A program made the translations under genes and the position numbers. The notes below the pieces were generated by a model. It saw only the letters and a program-made list of their open reading frames with translations. It was not told where the DNA came from and searched no databases. 64,000 bases of DNA, taken from the NCBI GenBank assembly GCA_038046725.1, contig JBBSVQ010000007.1:18409-82408 (forward strand), read 5' to 3'. Shown here one piece after another: positions 27,323 through 36,704 of this stretch. Positions within the stretch are counted from its first letter, which is position 1, and each line of letters opens with the position of its first letter. The DNA comes from Thermoplasmatota archaeon (GTDB taxonomy: Archaea; Thermoplasmatota; E2; JACPAO01; JAHFTW01).

Positions 27323-27976
27323 GTGATTCCCATCGCCGAGAAATCCACCATCGAAGCTGTCGCCAAGGCCCTTGAACAGGCCAAAGCCCAGGACCGCAAG
27401 TTCACGCAAACCGTGGACCTCGCCATCCTGCTGAAGAACGTCGACCTGTCGGTCCCCAAGAACCGCATCGACGAAGACATCATCCTGCCCAAGGGCCGCG
27501 GCAAGCTCGCCAAGGTCGGCGTGTTCGCCGCCGGCGAAGGCGCTGCCAAGGCCAAGAAGGTCGCGGACGTCGTCATCCAGCCCGACGAGTTCGAGGCCCT
27601 GCAGAAGAACAAGCGCAACTTCAAGCGCGTCGTCAACGAGACGACGTACTTCCTCGCCGAGGCCCCCCTGATGGCCAACATCGGCAAAACGTTGGGTGTG
27701 GTCCTGGGTCCCCGCGGCAAGATGCCCCGCCCCCTGCCCCCCGGCTCCGACCCGTCGCCGCAGATCAACAACCTGCGCAACACGGTCAAGGTCCGCTCCA
27801 AGGACAAGAAGGTCTTCCACTGCGTCGTCGGCTCCGAGACCATGAAGGTCGAGGACATCGCCGACAACATCGAGGCGGTCATGAAGCGTGTCGAGGCCAA
27901 GCTTGAGCACGGCCGCATGAACGTCGGCTCCGTCTACGTCAAGACGTCGATGGGCCCCTCCGTGAGGATGATGTAA
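27323..27976 (+). CDS. rpl1: 50S ribosomal protein L1 (uL1)
   Basis: Full-length uL1 pattern (KFTQTVDLAI...LGPRGKMP...). GTG start. Confidence 0.95.
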   Translation: MIPIAEKSTIEAVAKALEQAKAQDRKFTQTVDLAILLKNVDLSVPKNRIDEDIILPKGRGKLAKVGVFAAGEGAAKAKKVADVVIQPDEFEALQKNKRNFKRVVNETTYFLAEAPLMANIGKTLGVVLGPRGKMPRPLPPGSDPSPQINNLRNTVKVRSKDKKVFHCVVGSETMKVEDIADNIEAVMKRVEAKLEHGRMNVGSVYVKTSMGPSVRMM

Positions 27977-27977
27977 G

Positions 27978-29021
27978 ATGACGAAGGGCACCACCGAGGG
28001 CCACGCGCACGTCGCCCCCTGGAAGAAGGAGGAAGTCTCCCGCCTGAGCCGCATCCTCATCGACAACCCCGTCGTCGCCGTCGCCGAAGTGTCCGGCATC
28101 CCGGCCCCCCAGATGCAGCAGATGCGCGCCAGCCTGCGCGGCTCCGTCGCCGTCCTCGGCTCGAAGAACCGCCTGCTCGTCATCGCCATCAAGGAAGCCG
28201 CCAAGCAGCGCCCCGGGCTCGAGGGCCTGGCCGACAAGCTGCACGGCCAGTCCGTCATCCTGGCGACGAAGAACAACCCGTTCAAGCTGTTCAAGGCCCT
28301 GAAGGCCGGCGCCTCGATGGCGCCCCTGAAGGCCAACCAGCTCGCCCCCCACGACATCGTCATCCCCAAGGGCCCGACCCCGTTCGGCCCCGGACCGATC
28401 GTCGGTGAGCTGCAGAAGGTCGGCATCGCGGCCAAGATCGAGGCCGGCAAGGTCGTCATCTCGAAGGAGTCCACCCCGGTCAAGGCCGGCGGCGTCGTCT
28501 CCGCCGAGCTGGCCTCCATGCTCGCCAAGCTCGAGATCCGCCCCCTGGAACTCAAGATCGACTTGAAGGCCGCCTTCGAGAAGGACACGCTGTTCCTGCC
28601 CGAAGCGCTCGCCGTCGATGAAACGGTCATCATGGGCCAGATTGGCCTCGCCGTGCGCACGGCCAACGAACTGTCGCTGCAGATGGCCTGGATCACCCCC
28701 CAGACCGCTGACGCCCTGCTCGGCCGCGCCTACAAGCAGGCCATCGCCCTGGTCCTCGAGAAGGGCCTGGACGTCGACGAGGCCGTCAAGCAGACGGTCA
28801 CCGAAGACTACGCCAAGCTGCTGGCCACCATCGGCAAGAAGGAGAGCGACCTCTCCGACGAGCTGAAGGCCCGCCTCGGCGACGCCGTCAAGATCCTCAG
28901 CCAAGTGGCCGTTGCTGCTCCCAGCTCGGCCGGTGCCAAGGCCCCCGCGGCCGAGGCGCCCGAGGAGAAGGGAGTCAGCGAAGAAGAAGCGGCCGCCGGT
29001 CTCGGCGCGCTGTTTGGTTAA
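27978..29021 (+). CDS. rplP0: 50S ribosomal stalk protein P0 (uL10)
   Basis: PWKKEEV N-terminus and C-terminal [13 protein letters not shown] stalk tail. 347 aa. Confidence 0.95.
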   Translation: MTKGTTEGHAHVAPWKKEEVSRLSRILIDNPVVAVAEVSGIPAPQMQQMRASLRGSVAVLGSKNRLLVIAIKEAAKQRPGLEGLADKLHGQSVILATKNNPFKLFKALKAGASMAPLKANQLAPHDIVIPKGPTPFGPGPIVGELQKVGIAAKIEAGKVVISKESTPVKAGGVVSAELASMLAKLEIRPLELKIDLKAAFEKDTLFLPEALAVDETVIMGQIGLAVRTANELSLQMAWITPQTADALLGRAYKQAIALVLEKGLDVDEAVKQTVTEDYAKLLATIGKKESDLSDELKARLGDAVKILSQVAVAAPSSAGAKAPAAEAPEEKGVSEEEAAAGLGALFG

Positions 29022-29027
29022 GGAGGA

Positions 29028-29336
29028 ATGAACACCATGGAATACGTCTACAGCGCGCTGCTCCTGCACAGCGCCAAGAAGGAAGTCAACGAAGCGAACG
29101 TCACCGCCGTCCTGAAGGGCGCCGGAATCCCGGCCGACTCCGGTCGCGTCAAGGCCCTGTGCGCCGCCCTCGAGGGCGCCGACATCGCCGCCGCGATCAA
29201 GAACGCCAGCGCCGCCCCGGTCGCGATGGCCGCCGCCCCCGCGGCTGCCGCCGCCCCCAAGGCCGAGGAGAAGCCCGAAGAGAAGGGTGTCTCCGAGGAA
29301 GAGGCCGCCGCCGGCCTCGGCGCCTTGTTCGGCTAA
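29028..29336 (+). CDS. rpl12: 50S ribosomal stalk protein P1 (L12)
   Basis: [11 protein letters not shown]... and the identical C-terminal [13 protein letters not shown] tail. 102 aa. Confidence 0.9.
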   Translation: MNTMEYVYSALLLHSAKKEVNEANVTAVLKGAGIPADSGRVKALCAALEGADIAAAIKNASAAPVAMAAAPAAAAAPKAEEKPEEKGVSEEEAAAGLGALFG

Positions 29337-29350
29337 TCGCTTCGCGACAG

Positions 29351-29392
29351 CCCCCTCTTCCCTCTCTCTTCCCTTTCCCTCCCTTTCTTTTT
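29351..29392 (+). terminator. 42-nt pure pyrimidine tract ending in T5 after the stalk-protein operon
   Basis: ccccctcttccctctctcttccctttccctccctttcttttt contains only C/T. T5 at 29388-29392. Archaeal termination uses oligo-T. Confidence 0.45.
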
Positions 29393-29417
29393 GTAATCCA
29401 ATGAGCGTAGCCGGGGC

Positions 29418-29699
29418 ATGGACCCTGCGCAACGCGAGGCGACCTTCCTCGAACAAGCGGGACGCGGCAGCCGACGGTGGAACAAGGCCGCGAGCTGGAG
29501 CCTTGCGTTTGCAGGCGTCTTCGGCCTCGTGGCGCTGTATGGGTTCGTTAGCCTCGTCCTCACGAGGGACTCCAGCAACGTCACCACAATGGTTCTCGGG
29601 CTTGGGATGGTCACCTGGCAGATGACGCTGTTCGGCCAATACCGCTTGCTCGAAGGCGCCGCGATTCACCTGGAACGGTCGCGCGCCCCCGTAGCCTAG
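29418..29699 (+). CDS. Hypothetical small membrane protein (2 TM)
   Basis: 93-aa ORF with two hydrophobic helices and plausible codon bias. Confidence 0.4.
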   Translation: MDPAQREATFLEQAGRGSRRWNKAASWSLAFAGVFGLVALYGFVSLVLTRDSSNVTTMVLGLGMVTWQMTLFGQYRLLEGAAIHLERSRAPVA

Positions 29700-29988
29700 G
29701 CGCTTGACGCGACCCCTTGTTATTGCATTAGCCAGTCGTGTTGTTCCCAAGCCAGGCACGTGCCGCATCGACTGCATTTGCAAGTCGGGCATTGCCTGTG
29801 GCTTCGCCCCAGGTCCGGAAAATCCTGCAGGTCAGACGTCTCGCACCGGCGACCATAGAAGTGCCGCACGTACATCCAGGACAACAGTCGGTCAAGGGGC
29901 CGAGTGAGCATATGTCCGAGAGCGCCTGACGGTTCTTGGACCTCCAAGTTTCATCGCAATCTATCTCCGGACCTCGGGTTGCTAGCTC

Positions 29989-30894
29989 GTGGCCGACGAC
30001 CCCGAGTGGACCCTTTCCGCCGGCCCCTGGCGCGCCACCGTCTCCCCCGTCGGCGCCTCCCTTCGCCGCCTGTCGCTTGAGCGTCCCGGCGAAGCGCCAC
30101 GCGACGTCCTGTGGGGTTATTCCGGAACCGCCAACAAGAAAGGCGGGCAAGGGGACGTCCTCATGCCGTGGCCCGGCCGCATCCGCGACTGCAAGTATTC
30201 GTTCGCGGGCAAGGCCCATGACCTTCCGAAGAACGACAAGGAGGGGCCGAACGCCATCCACGGCTTCCTGCGCTCGCGCACCTGGGAGGGCGAGCACGAC
30301 GGCGCGACGGCCCGCTTCCGCACGCGCATCCGCGCAGACGACCATTCCGGGTACCCCTTTGACCTCGACGTCGTGCTCGGCTACGAACTGTTGCCCGCTG
30401 GCTTGGCGTGTGCCTTCGTCGTGCGGAACGCCGGGACTGGGCCGGCCCCGTTCGGCGCCGGATTCCACCCCTACGTCCTGGCCGGTGGCGGCCGCGTGGA
30501 CGACGTGACCTTGCGCTCGCCGGCGGCGCACGTCGTCGAATTCGACGGCCTGCTGCCCACGGGCCGCGTCGCTGAGGTGCCCGCGGAACTCGATTTCCGA
30601 GCGCCGCGCCGCGTCGGCGCCACGCGGTTCAACCACTGCTTCACGGGGCTCGGGCGCGAGGCGGACGGCTTCGCCCGCGTGCGCGTCGACGACATCGAGG
30701 TGTGGATGGACCGGGGCTATCCCTACGTCGTCCTCTACACGGGGGAGGCATTGGGCAGCGATGCGCGACGGGCGCTGGCCATCGAGCCCATGACGTGCGC
30801 CACGGACGCGTTCAACCACCCCAAGTGGGGGTTGCGCGTGCTCGGACCTGGCGAGGCCATGACGGGAACCTGGGGCGTCGGGCTGCGGCCCTAG
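29989..30894 (+). CDS. Aldose 1-epimerase (galactose mutarotase-like) family protein
   Basis: GASLRRL, IHGFLR, GFHPYV and EPMT motifs of the aldose epimerase fold. GTG start. Confidence 0.8.
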   Translation: MADDPEWTLSAGPWRATVSPVGASLRRLSLERPGEAPRDVLWGYSGTANKKGGQGDVLMPWPGRIRDCKYSFAGKAHDLPKNDKEGPNAIHGFLRSRTWEGEHDGATARFRTRIRADDHSGYPFDLDVVLGYELLPAGLACAFVVRNAGTGPAPFGAGFHPYVLAGGGRVDDVTLRSPAAHVVEFDGLLPTGRVAEVPAELDFRAPRRVGATRFNHCFTGLGREADGFARVRVDDIEVWMDRGYPYVVLYTGEALGSDARRALAIEPMTCATDAFNHPKWGLRVLGPGEAMTGTWGVGLRP

Positions 30895-31661
30895 CCGGGC
30901 CGCTTGGCTTGCTTGCGGGCGTCGAGGACCTCGCCGAGGATGCCCCACAGCACCAGGGACGCGACGATGGCGAAGGTCAGGATGGGTGGGATGCGGGGGT
31001 CGAGATTCTCGATGAGGCCGAAGAGGAGGTCGTAGGCGTACGTCCAGATGATGGCCGCGACGATGGTCGCCCCGACAACGGGAAGGATGAGCCACTTCGT
31101 CGCGATGCCCGACACGCGCCCCACCGCCGCGCCGAGCAGGGGGCCGTTGACGAGGAACGGGACGAGCATGAAGACGAAGATGCCGAACGGCCCCCAGCGG
31201 TGAACGAAGGTCCGGTGCTTGACGGCGTGGGCCTGCAGGCGGCGCATGCGGCGCATGACAAAGTTGTCGCGGTCCTGGTAGCGGTGCAGCGCCCACAGGA
31301 ACGCGGGGTACGCGATGCAGACGACGCCGATGTCCTGCGTGGCGCTGACCTGGGCGACGATCCAGGGTGGCGCGCCGCCGCCGAGGGAGAGCGGGATGCC
31401 GACCTCGCGACCGGAGAACATCTCGAAGACGAGACCGCGCCACAGTGCCTGGCCGGCTTGCGGCCAGACGTAGGTCCCGATGGCCAGCTCGACAAGGACG
31501 GCGCCCAGCAGGATGCAGCCGACGACGATGATGCGCACCTCGAGCACGCGGCTGGAGATGCGGTGGAAGCCCTCATTCAAGTCGGGGTTGGCCGCCGTGG
31601 CCGCGGCCTGGTCCGCGGACGGCGGTGGCGGCAGCGACGTCAGGTCCGGGTCCTCGGCCAT
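30891..31661 (-). CDS. Multi-pass membrane protein, COG2426-like
   Basis: FSGREVGIPLSLGGG motif and FMLVPFLVNGPLLGAAVG. Its ATG overlaps the upstream AI-2E gene stop (ATGA). Confidence 0.55.
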   Translation of the reverse strand: MAEDPDLTSLPPPPSADQAAATAANPDLNEGFHRISSRVLEVRIIVVGCILLGAVLVELAIGTYVWPQAGQALWRGLVFEMFSGREVGIPLSLGGGAPPWIVAQVSATQDIGVVCIAYPAFLWALHRYQDRDNFVMRRMRRLQAHAVKHRTFVHRWGPFGIFVFMLVPFLVNGPLLGAAVGRVSGIATKWLILPVVGATIVAAIIWTYAYDLLFGLIENLDPRIPPILTFAIVASLVLWGILGEVLDARKQAKRPG

Positions 31662-32779
31662 CAGGACGTTGGCTCCGACGGCGGCGCTGCAGGAGGCGGC
31701 CCGTCGGCGGGCGGCTCATCCTGCAAGTGCAAGGGGTCGAGGTACTCCTCTTCCCAGACCTTGAGGACGGACACGGTGACGCCAACGAGGAGTGGGCCGA
31801 GGAAGAGTCCGATGAAGCCGAAGGCCGCCACGCCGCCGAGCACGCCGACGAGGACGAAGAGCGGGTGGATGCCCGTGCTGCGGCCGATGAGCAGTGGGCG
31901 GACGATGTTGTCGATGTTGCTGACGACGATGAAGCCGTACAGGAGCAGGAAGATGCCCCAGCCCACCTTTCCGATGACGAGCAGGTAGATGCCGGCGGGC
32001 AGCCAGATGAGGAAGGCGCCGAGAACCGGCAGCAGCGAGAACACCGCCATGACCGCCGACCACAGCACGACGCCGGGGACCCCGGCGATGAAGAACCCGA
32101 TGCCGCCAACGATTCCTTGGATGATGCTGGTGAGGATCTGCCCGACGAACACGGCGCGCAAGCCGCGGTGACCTTCGCGCAGCAGGTAGTCCATTTGGCG
32201 GGCAGGCAGCGGCGCGGCGCGGCGCAGGAAGCGCACGAGGCGGTCGCCATCCGTGAGCACGTAGTACGTCACGAACAGGATGACTGTGAAGGCAATGAGG
32301 AAATTGCCCAACCCCTCGAGGAGCCGTTGCCCGAACGCCGTCAGGAAGGCATTGGCGCGATCCTCGGTCGTATTGACGATGCGGTCGATGGTCTGGTTGC
32401 GCTCCTGGGCCGTCTGCGGCGGGAACCACTGGTCCACGATGCCATAGGCTTGGTCCGCCCACTCCTCGAGCTTGCCATCGTTGATGTCCTGCGCGATGTC
32501 GGACACGTCCTTGTACAGGGCCCACCCCAGGCCGGCCATGGGGGCCGTGATGAGCACGAGGATGCTCAGGATTGTCATGATGGCCGCGACGCGGTTGGGG
32601 AAGATGCGTTCCCAAAGTCGGTCGATGGGAAAGGCGAGAACGGCCACGAATGCGCCCGTGACCATGTAGATGACGAAAGGCTGGAACACCTTCCACGTCA
32701 GGAAGAGCATGAGGAAGAGCAGGCCGAGGAAGAACCACTGGCTCTGCTTCGACAAGCGGGCCCTCGTCTTCGTCGTCAT
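31661..32779 (-). CDS. AI-2E family transporter (PerM/UPF0118)
   Basis: Internal ATG (MTTKTRARLSKQSQWFFLGLLFL...). Typical 8-TM AI-2E layout with the GIPGVVLW / PLLIGRS-type motifs. Confidence 0.85.
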   Translation of the reverse strand: MTTKTRARLSKQSQWFFLGLLFLMLFLTWKVFQPFVIYMVTGAFVAVLAFPIDRLWERIFPNRVAAIMTILSILVLITAPMAGLGWALYKDVSDIAQDINDGKLEEWADQAYGIVDQWFPPQTAQERNQTIDRIVNTTEDRANAFLTAFGQRLLEGLGNFLIAFTVILFVTYYVLTDGDRLVRFLRRAAPLPARQMDYLLREGHRGLRAVFVGQILTSIIQGIVGGIGFFIAGVPGVVLWSAVMAVFSLLPVLGAFLIWLPAGIYLLVIGKVGWGIFLLLYGFIVVSNIDNIVRPLLIGRSTGIHPLFVLVGVLGGVAAFGFIGLFLGPLLVGVTVSVLKVWEEEYLDPLHLQDEPPADGPPPAAPPSEPTS

Positions 32780-33060
32780 CGGGGGCGCGGCCTCGTCGGG
32801 CACGCGCACGGGACCCAGCGGGCGCTTGATAGCCTTCGCGGCGACCTTCAAGCGAAGGTCGATCACGCTGGGTGACGGCGCACTGCCAAACGGCAGTGCA
32901 CAACGTTGGGTGACGGCGGGGGTCGCTGCGCGACCCCCGGGAGAACCCGTTCGGCGCCGCCCGCTGCGCGTGCCGGCGGCCAGAGGCCAGCTAGCCGAAA
33001 GCGCGCAGCGCCCCGCGCCCGATGCGAGTGCTTCAACCCTCCAGCCGACCCGGAATCCAG

Positions 33061-33642
33061 CTAGCGCTTGGCCGCTTCCTCGCAGATTCGGACGAAATTC
33101 TTGAAGATGGTCACGCCCGCGACGGTGTGCTCGACCTCGGGGTGGAACTGCAAGCCGAAGAGGGGGCGCGTCTCGTGGCGCATGGCCTGCACCGGGCACG
33201 AGGGGCTGGTGGCCAGGACGCGGAAGCCCTTCGGCACGACGCTGACCTCGTCATTGTGGTTGGCCCACACGACGGTCTTGGCCGGGACGCCGCGCAGGAT
33301 GTCGTCGTGGTCCTGGATGTCGATCTCGGTGGAGCCGAATTCGGGCGAGTGGCCGGGCTTCAGCTTGCCGCCGAAGTGGTGCGCCATGTACTGGTGGCCG
33401 GCGCAGATGCCGAGGATGGGGACCTTCAGGCCGTCGAGGTAGTCGCTGACGGAGCCGAGTTTGCCGTCGGCAGCGGGGGATGCCGCTCCACCTGAGAGCA
33501 CGATGCCGTCCAGGTTGGCGGCCTGCAATTCGGCCAGCGGCTTGTTGTTGGGTACAATCTGCGTGTCGACCTTGAGGTAGCGCAGGACACGCCATTCCCG
33601 GTGCGTCCATTGACTGCCGTTGTCCACGACCCAGATCTTCAC
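33061..33642 (-). CDS. guaAA: GMP synthase, glutamine amidotransferase subunit A (split archaeal GuaA)
   Basis: GICAGHQ nucleophile elbow and QFHPEV His-Glu motif. GTG start at VKIWVVDNGSQ. Confidence 0.9.
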   Translation of the reverse strand: MKIWVVDNGSQWTHREWRVLRYLKVDTQIVPNNKPLAELQAANLDGIVLSGGAASPAADGKLGSVSDYLDGLKVPILGICAGHQYMAHHFGGKLKPGHSPEFGSTEIDIQDHDDILRGVPAKTVVWANHNDEVSVVPKGFRVLATSPSCPVQAMRHETRPLFGLQFHPEVEHTVAGVTIFKNFVRICEEAAKR

Positions 33643-33739
33643 GGGGTTCGCCACAGCGGACCCCAAGAAAAAGGGGCCGAAGGTGGAGAGGCCGTGCCGG
33701 CCTGTCTGCGGGGCCGCAGGCCCGCTAGTGAACCGCTGG

Positions 33740-33990
33740 ACTGACGAACGTGAGTCCCCGGGCGACCTGAAGGTCGCCCGGGGGGCCACTGCCCAACAGC
33801 GTAACGGGGCCCGCGCGCTGCTCCTTGCGGAGCCGCGCGCGCCCGGTAGCCTTCCGGGCTACCGGCCTTCATCCAATCCCGATGACGGGACCGTCGGACC
33901 CTTGACCCGCCAGTTGGCGCAAAGCCAAGGCGCCGTCCCCGTGAGGGGCAGCAGAGGCGCCAAGGCCTGGGACTGTGTCGTGTTCGTGGC
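33740..33990. ncRNA. Candidate structured ncRNA (multi-hairpin domain closed by a long-range helix); class and strand unresolved
   Basis: ORF-free 570-nt gap. acgaacgtgagtcccc (33743-33758) pairs with gggactgtgtcgtgttcgt (33967-33985), enclosing four or more GC-rich hairpins with perfect 8-13-bp stems. On the minus strand two loops are GGAA and GCAA, followed by GGAGCAGC. T5 on the minus strand at 33668-33672. Confidence 0.35.
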
Positions 33991-34284
33991 CGTGTGTGGA
34001 CCGTTGTTGTCTCCCCCCTCATTGGGTGACGTCGCGTCTGGAGCCTAGGGGGAGGGCCGCCCCGGGAGGGGCACGGTCCTTGGTCCGGCACAGCCGGTGG
34101 GTGATCGGCCGGGACCGAAGTCCCCGCCGCCCTGTCGCACGGCCATTGCGCCCCCTCTCACGGTCCGCCTGACGGCGGTCTCGGGGGGCCTTCGGGCCGG
34201 GCAACGCCTCCCGTGGCGCGCCAGGGCATAACCCTATCGCTGCTGGACCGCCGCCTCCTTGTGCAGGGGGCGCCTGCAGCAAGC

Positions 34285-34605
34285 ATGGTCTCCTGGCGCG
34301 ACGCGGTCCAACCCGCCGACGGCGGCGTCCGCCTCCTGCTCGAGGCGTCTCCGGGGGCCGGCCATGCCCGCTTCCCCGACGGCTACAACCCTTGGCGCAA
34401 GCGCCTGGGCATCCGCGTCAAGGAGCCAGCGCGCGACGGCCGCGCCAACGAGGCCGTCCTCGCCATGATTGCGGACTTCTTCGGCGTGAAGTCCACGCAA
34501 GTGGTGCTGGAGGCCGGCGCGCTGGACAGCCGCAAGACGGTGCTCGTCCTCGGAGTAAGCGTCGCCGACGCTCGCATGCGCCTCGTACCGGCCCTGGGCG
34601 CCTGA
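34285..34605 (+). CDS. DUF167 (YggU/UPF0235) family protein
   Basis: RLGIRVKEPARDGRANEAVLAMIADFFGV is the DUF167 core. Internal ATG of ORF 34213-34605. Confidence 0.75.
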   Translation: MVSWRDAVQPADGGVRLLLEASPGAGHARFPDGYNPWRKRLGIRVKEPARDGRANEAVLAMIADFFGVKSTQVVLEAGALDSRKTVLVLGVSVADARMRLVPALGA

Positions 34606-34607
34606 GG

Positions 34608-35021
34608 ATGCGCGGAACGCCGGCGGACGAGGAACGGCTGCTGCGCCTCGAGGACGCCATCGACCGGCTGCGCGAAGCGGCCGAGACCGGCACGGTCGTC
34701 GTCGAAGGGGCACGTGACTTGTCGGCCCTCGACTGGCTGGGCATCGGCGGCCACCACGTCACCGTGCACCACGGGGCTCCCCTCGCGGGCCTCGTGGAAG
34801 AACTTGCATCGTGTCCAGTGCCCATCGTCCTCCTCGTGGACTGGGACCGCACCGGGGGAACCCTGGCCCGGCGCCTGGGCGAGGGGCTGGCCGGGCGCGT
34901 GGCCGTCGACGTCGACTGCCGGCGACGGCTTGCCGGGGCGACGCGCGCCCGGACGCTGGAGGAGTTGCCGTCGGAGTTGACGGCGCTGAGACGGGCCGTG
35001 CATGGGGCCGGGCGACCATGA
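34608..35021 (+). CDS. Small Toprim-domain protein (RNase M5/primase-like)
   Basis: VVVEGARDLSAL (Toprim Glu) and LLVDWDRTG (DxD). Starts 3 nt after the DUF167 stop. Confidence 0.7.
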   Translation: MRGTPADEERLLRLEDAIDRLREAAETGTVVVEGARDLSALDWLGIGGHHVTVHHGAPLAGLVEELASCPVPIVLLVDWDRTGGTLARRLGEGLAGRVAVDVDCRRRLAGATRARTLEELPSELTALRRAVHGAGRP

Positions 35022-35168
35022 CGGACCTGAGGGGACGCCGCAGCCCCCAGGCCAGCCGGGTCGAAGAACCGGTTCGGCGTCTGGCCGCGTCGTCGAACCG
35101 TTGCTTGACGTGGCCAATTCCCTCCCGTTGACCTGGCATTTGACCAGCAACAAAGCGTAAGAAGTCAC

Positions 35169-36704
35169 GTGAGGGTCCGCCCCCGAATGGTCGTTCGAGT
35201 CGCCACCCTCGCGTTCCTCCTGCTCGCCGCCCTGTGGCTTCCAGCCGCCTGGGCCCAGGACCCGCCCGTCGCTGATGCCACGCAGACGCGCGAAGACATC
35301 CTCAAGCAGCCTGGCTTGCCGGTCACCTTCTATGGGCACATCTTCGCCCACGGCACGGGCGATCCGATGCCGATGAACACACAGTTCCCCACTGGCGAGG
35401 CCGACTACTCGATTGGTGAGGCAGGGGGTTGCGGACAGCCTCCGCCGCTTCCGGCCGGCCCGCCCCACGTGGCTGGCGGCGAGGATTGCGAGACCTGGGG
35501 CTCGAACACGCAGCTGTGGTACAGCACCGCCGGGTTCGTGCAGGTCAAGACCGCCGAGGCCGCAGGGTGCCCGGACTGCGACTACACGCTCTTCCACAAC
35601 GAACGCGGGTTGACGAAGGACGTCTTCGTCGACCTGTCGCAAAAACCGGTCTCGACGTACTACATGAGCGCCGACTTCCACGGGTGGGTCGTCACCCTTT
35701 GCCAAGCCGTTTGCTGGAACTGGGACCCTGGAATGTTCCAGGATTGGGTCGTGGAGTCCTGGATGTTCCATGCCCCGCTCGGCGAATTGCACGCGGACGC
35801 GGACAAGGAACCGGACCTGACGCCTGTCCTGAACCGGGATGCAAAGGCAGTCCTCATGGCGCACGGCAAGACGGAACCAATCGACATGGTGAGTCTGGAT
35901 CCCACCATTCCCACGGGCGTGCAGACCGTGTATCCGTTCGTGAGCGAGATGGAATGGGATCCGGCGTTCGCCGCGACGGACGGCTCGGTGCCGAACACCT
36001 CGAACATCGTGATGCAGTTCCGCTGGTACCAGGAGACGGACGGCCAGAAGTACATCCTTGGGTACGCCACGGCCTTCCCCAACTGGAATGTCAACAGTGG
36101 CGAGGACTACCCCGCCAACGTCGTCGTGCCAGTCCGCAACCCCATCGATGTCGAGCTCGTGTACCCCCAGTTCATCCACGACAAGCTCGTCCTCCTCTCG
36201 GTCATCAACACTCCCTGGGGATCCTACGACATCGACCCCTCGCTCATCACGCTGACCGTGAAGGACGCCTCCGGCAACAAGGTCGCGTTCAAGGACGGCA
36301 CGCTGGCGCAGGTCCTGGAGCAGAGCGTCGCGCACAGCGGGCACTACATGCCAATCAAGCCGACCTGGGTTTGGGACTACAAGACCCAGGGCTTGGAGCC
36401 GGGAGATTATTCGGTGACGGTCGGAGTCACCAACTTCCAGCATTCCGTCACGACGGAAACAACGGCCCTGTTCACCATCAACAAGGATGGCGGCGGTGAG
36501 GCACAGGAAGGTCGCAGCGGGATCCAAACCCTGCAAGGCAACCTGCATGCCGGGCATGAAGGGACTGCCGCTGACCCCAACAGCCAAGGGAAAGCCACGA
36601 GCACGGCACCGGCAACGACCACGGAGAAGAGCCCCGGTCTGGCGCTGCCATTGTTCGTAGCCGGTCTCGTGGCCCTCGTCGTGCTGCGGAGGCGCAAGGC
36701 ATGA
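35169..36704 (+). CDS. Secreted surface protein with PGF-CTERM-like anchor
   Basis: N-terminal signal peptide. C-terminus has a Thr-rich linker, then SPGLALPLFVAGLVALVVLRRRKA (PGF-CTERM architecture with PGL). Confidence 0.75.
   Translation: MRVRPRMVVRVATLAFLLLAALWLPAAWAQDPPVADATQTREDILKQPGLPVTFYGHIFAHGTGDPMPMNTQFPTGEADYSIGEAGGCGQPPPLPAGPPHVAGGEDCETWGSNTQLWYSTAGFVQVKTAEAAGCPDCDYTLFHNERGLTKDVFVDLSQKPVSTYYMSADFHGWVVTLCQAVCWNWDPGMFQDWVVESWMFHAPLGELHADADKEPDLTPVLNRDAKAVLMAHGKTEPIDMVSLDPTIPTGVQTVYPFVSEMEWDPAFAATDGSVPNTSNIVMQFRWYQETDGQKYILGYATAFPNWNVNSGEDYPANVVVPVRNPIDVELVYPQFIHDKLVLLSVINTPWGSYDIDPSLITLTVKDASGNKVAFKDGTLAQVLEQSVAHSGHYMPIKPTWVWDYKTQGLEPGDYSVTVGVTNFQHSVTTETTALFTINKDGGGEAQEGRSGIQTLQGNLHAGHEGTAADPNSQGKATSTAPATTTEKSPGLALPLFVAGLVALVVLRRRKA

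Noticed and set aside
29720-29947. Small Cys-rich ORF (CPTCKCSRCGTC) on the minus strand upstream of the aldose epimerase gene
   Set aside because: GC3 is much lower than in confident genes, and there is no recognisable family or plausible coupling. It is possibly non-coding or a decayed foreign fragment, so it is not reported as a feature.
33643-34212. Assignment of the structured intergenic region to RNase P RNA, or to a canonical SRP RNA
   Set aside because: No GGAAAGUCC-type CR-I or ACAGAAxxCGGCUUA-type CR-V was found on either strand. The SRP helix-8-like hairpin lacks the symmetric and asymmetric loops. It is kept only as an unassigned ncRNA candidate.
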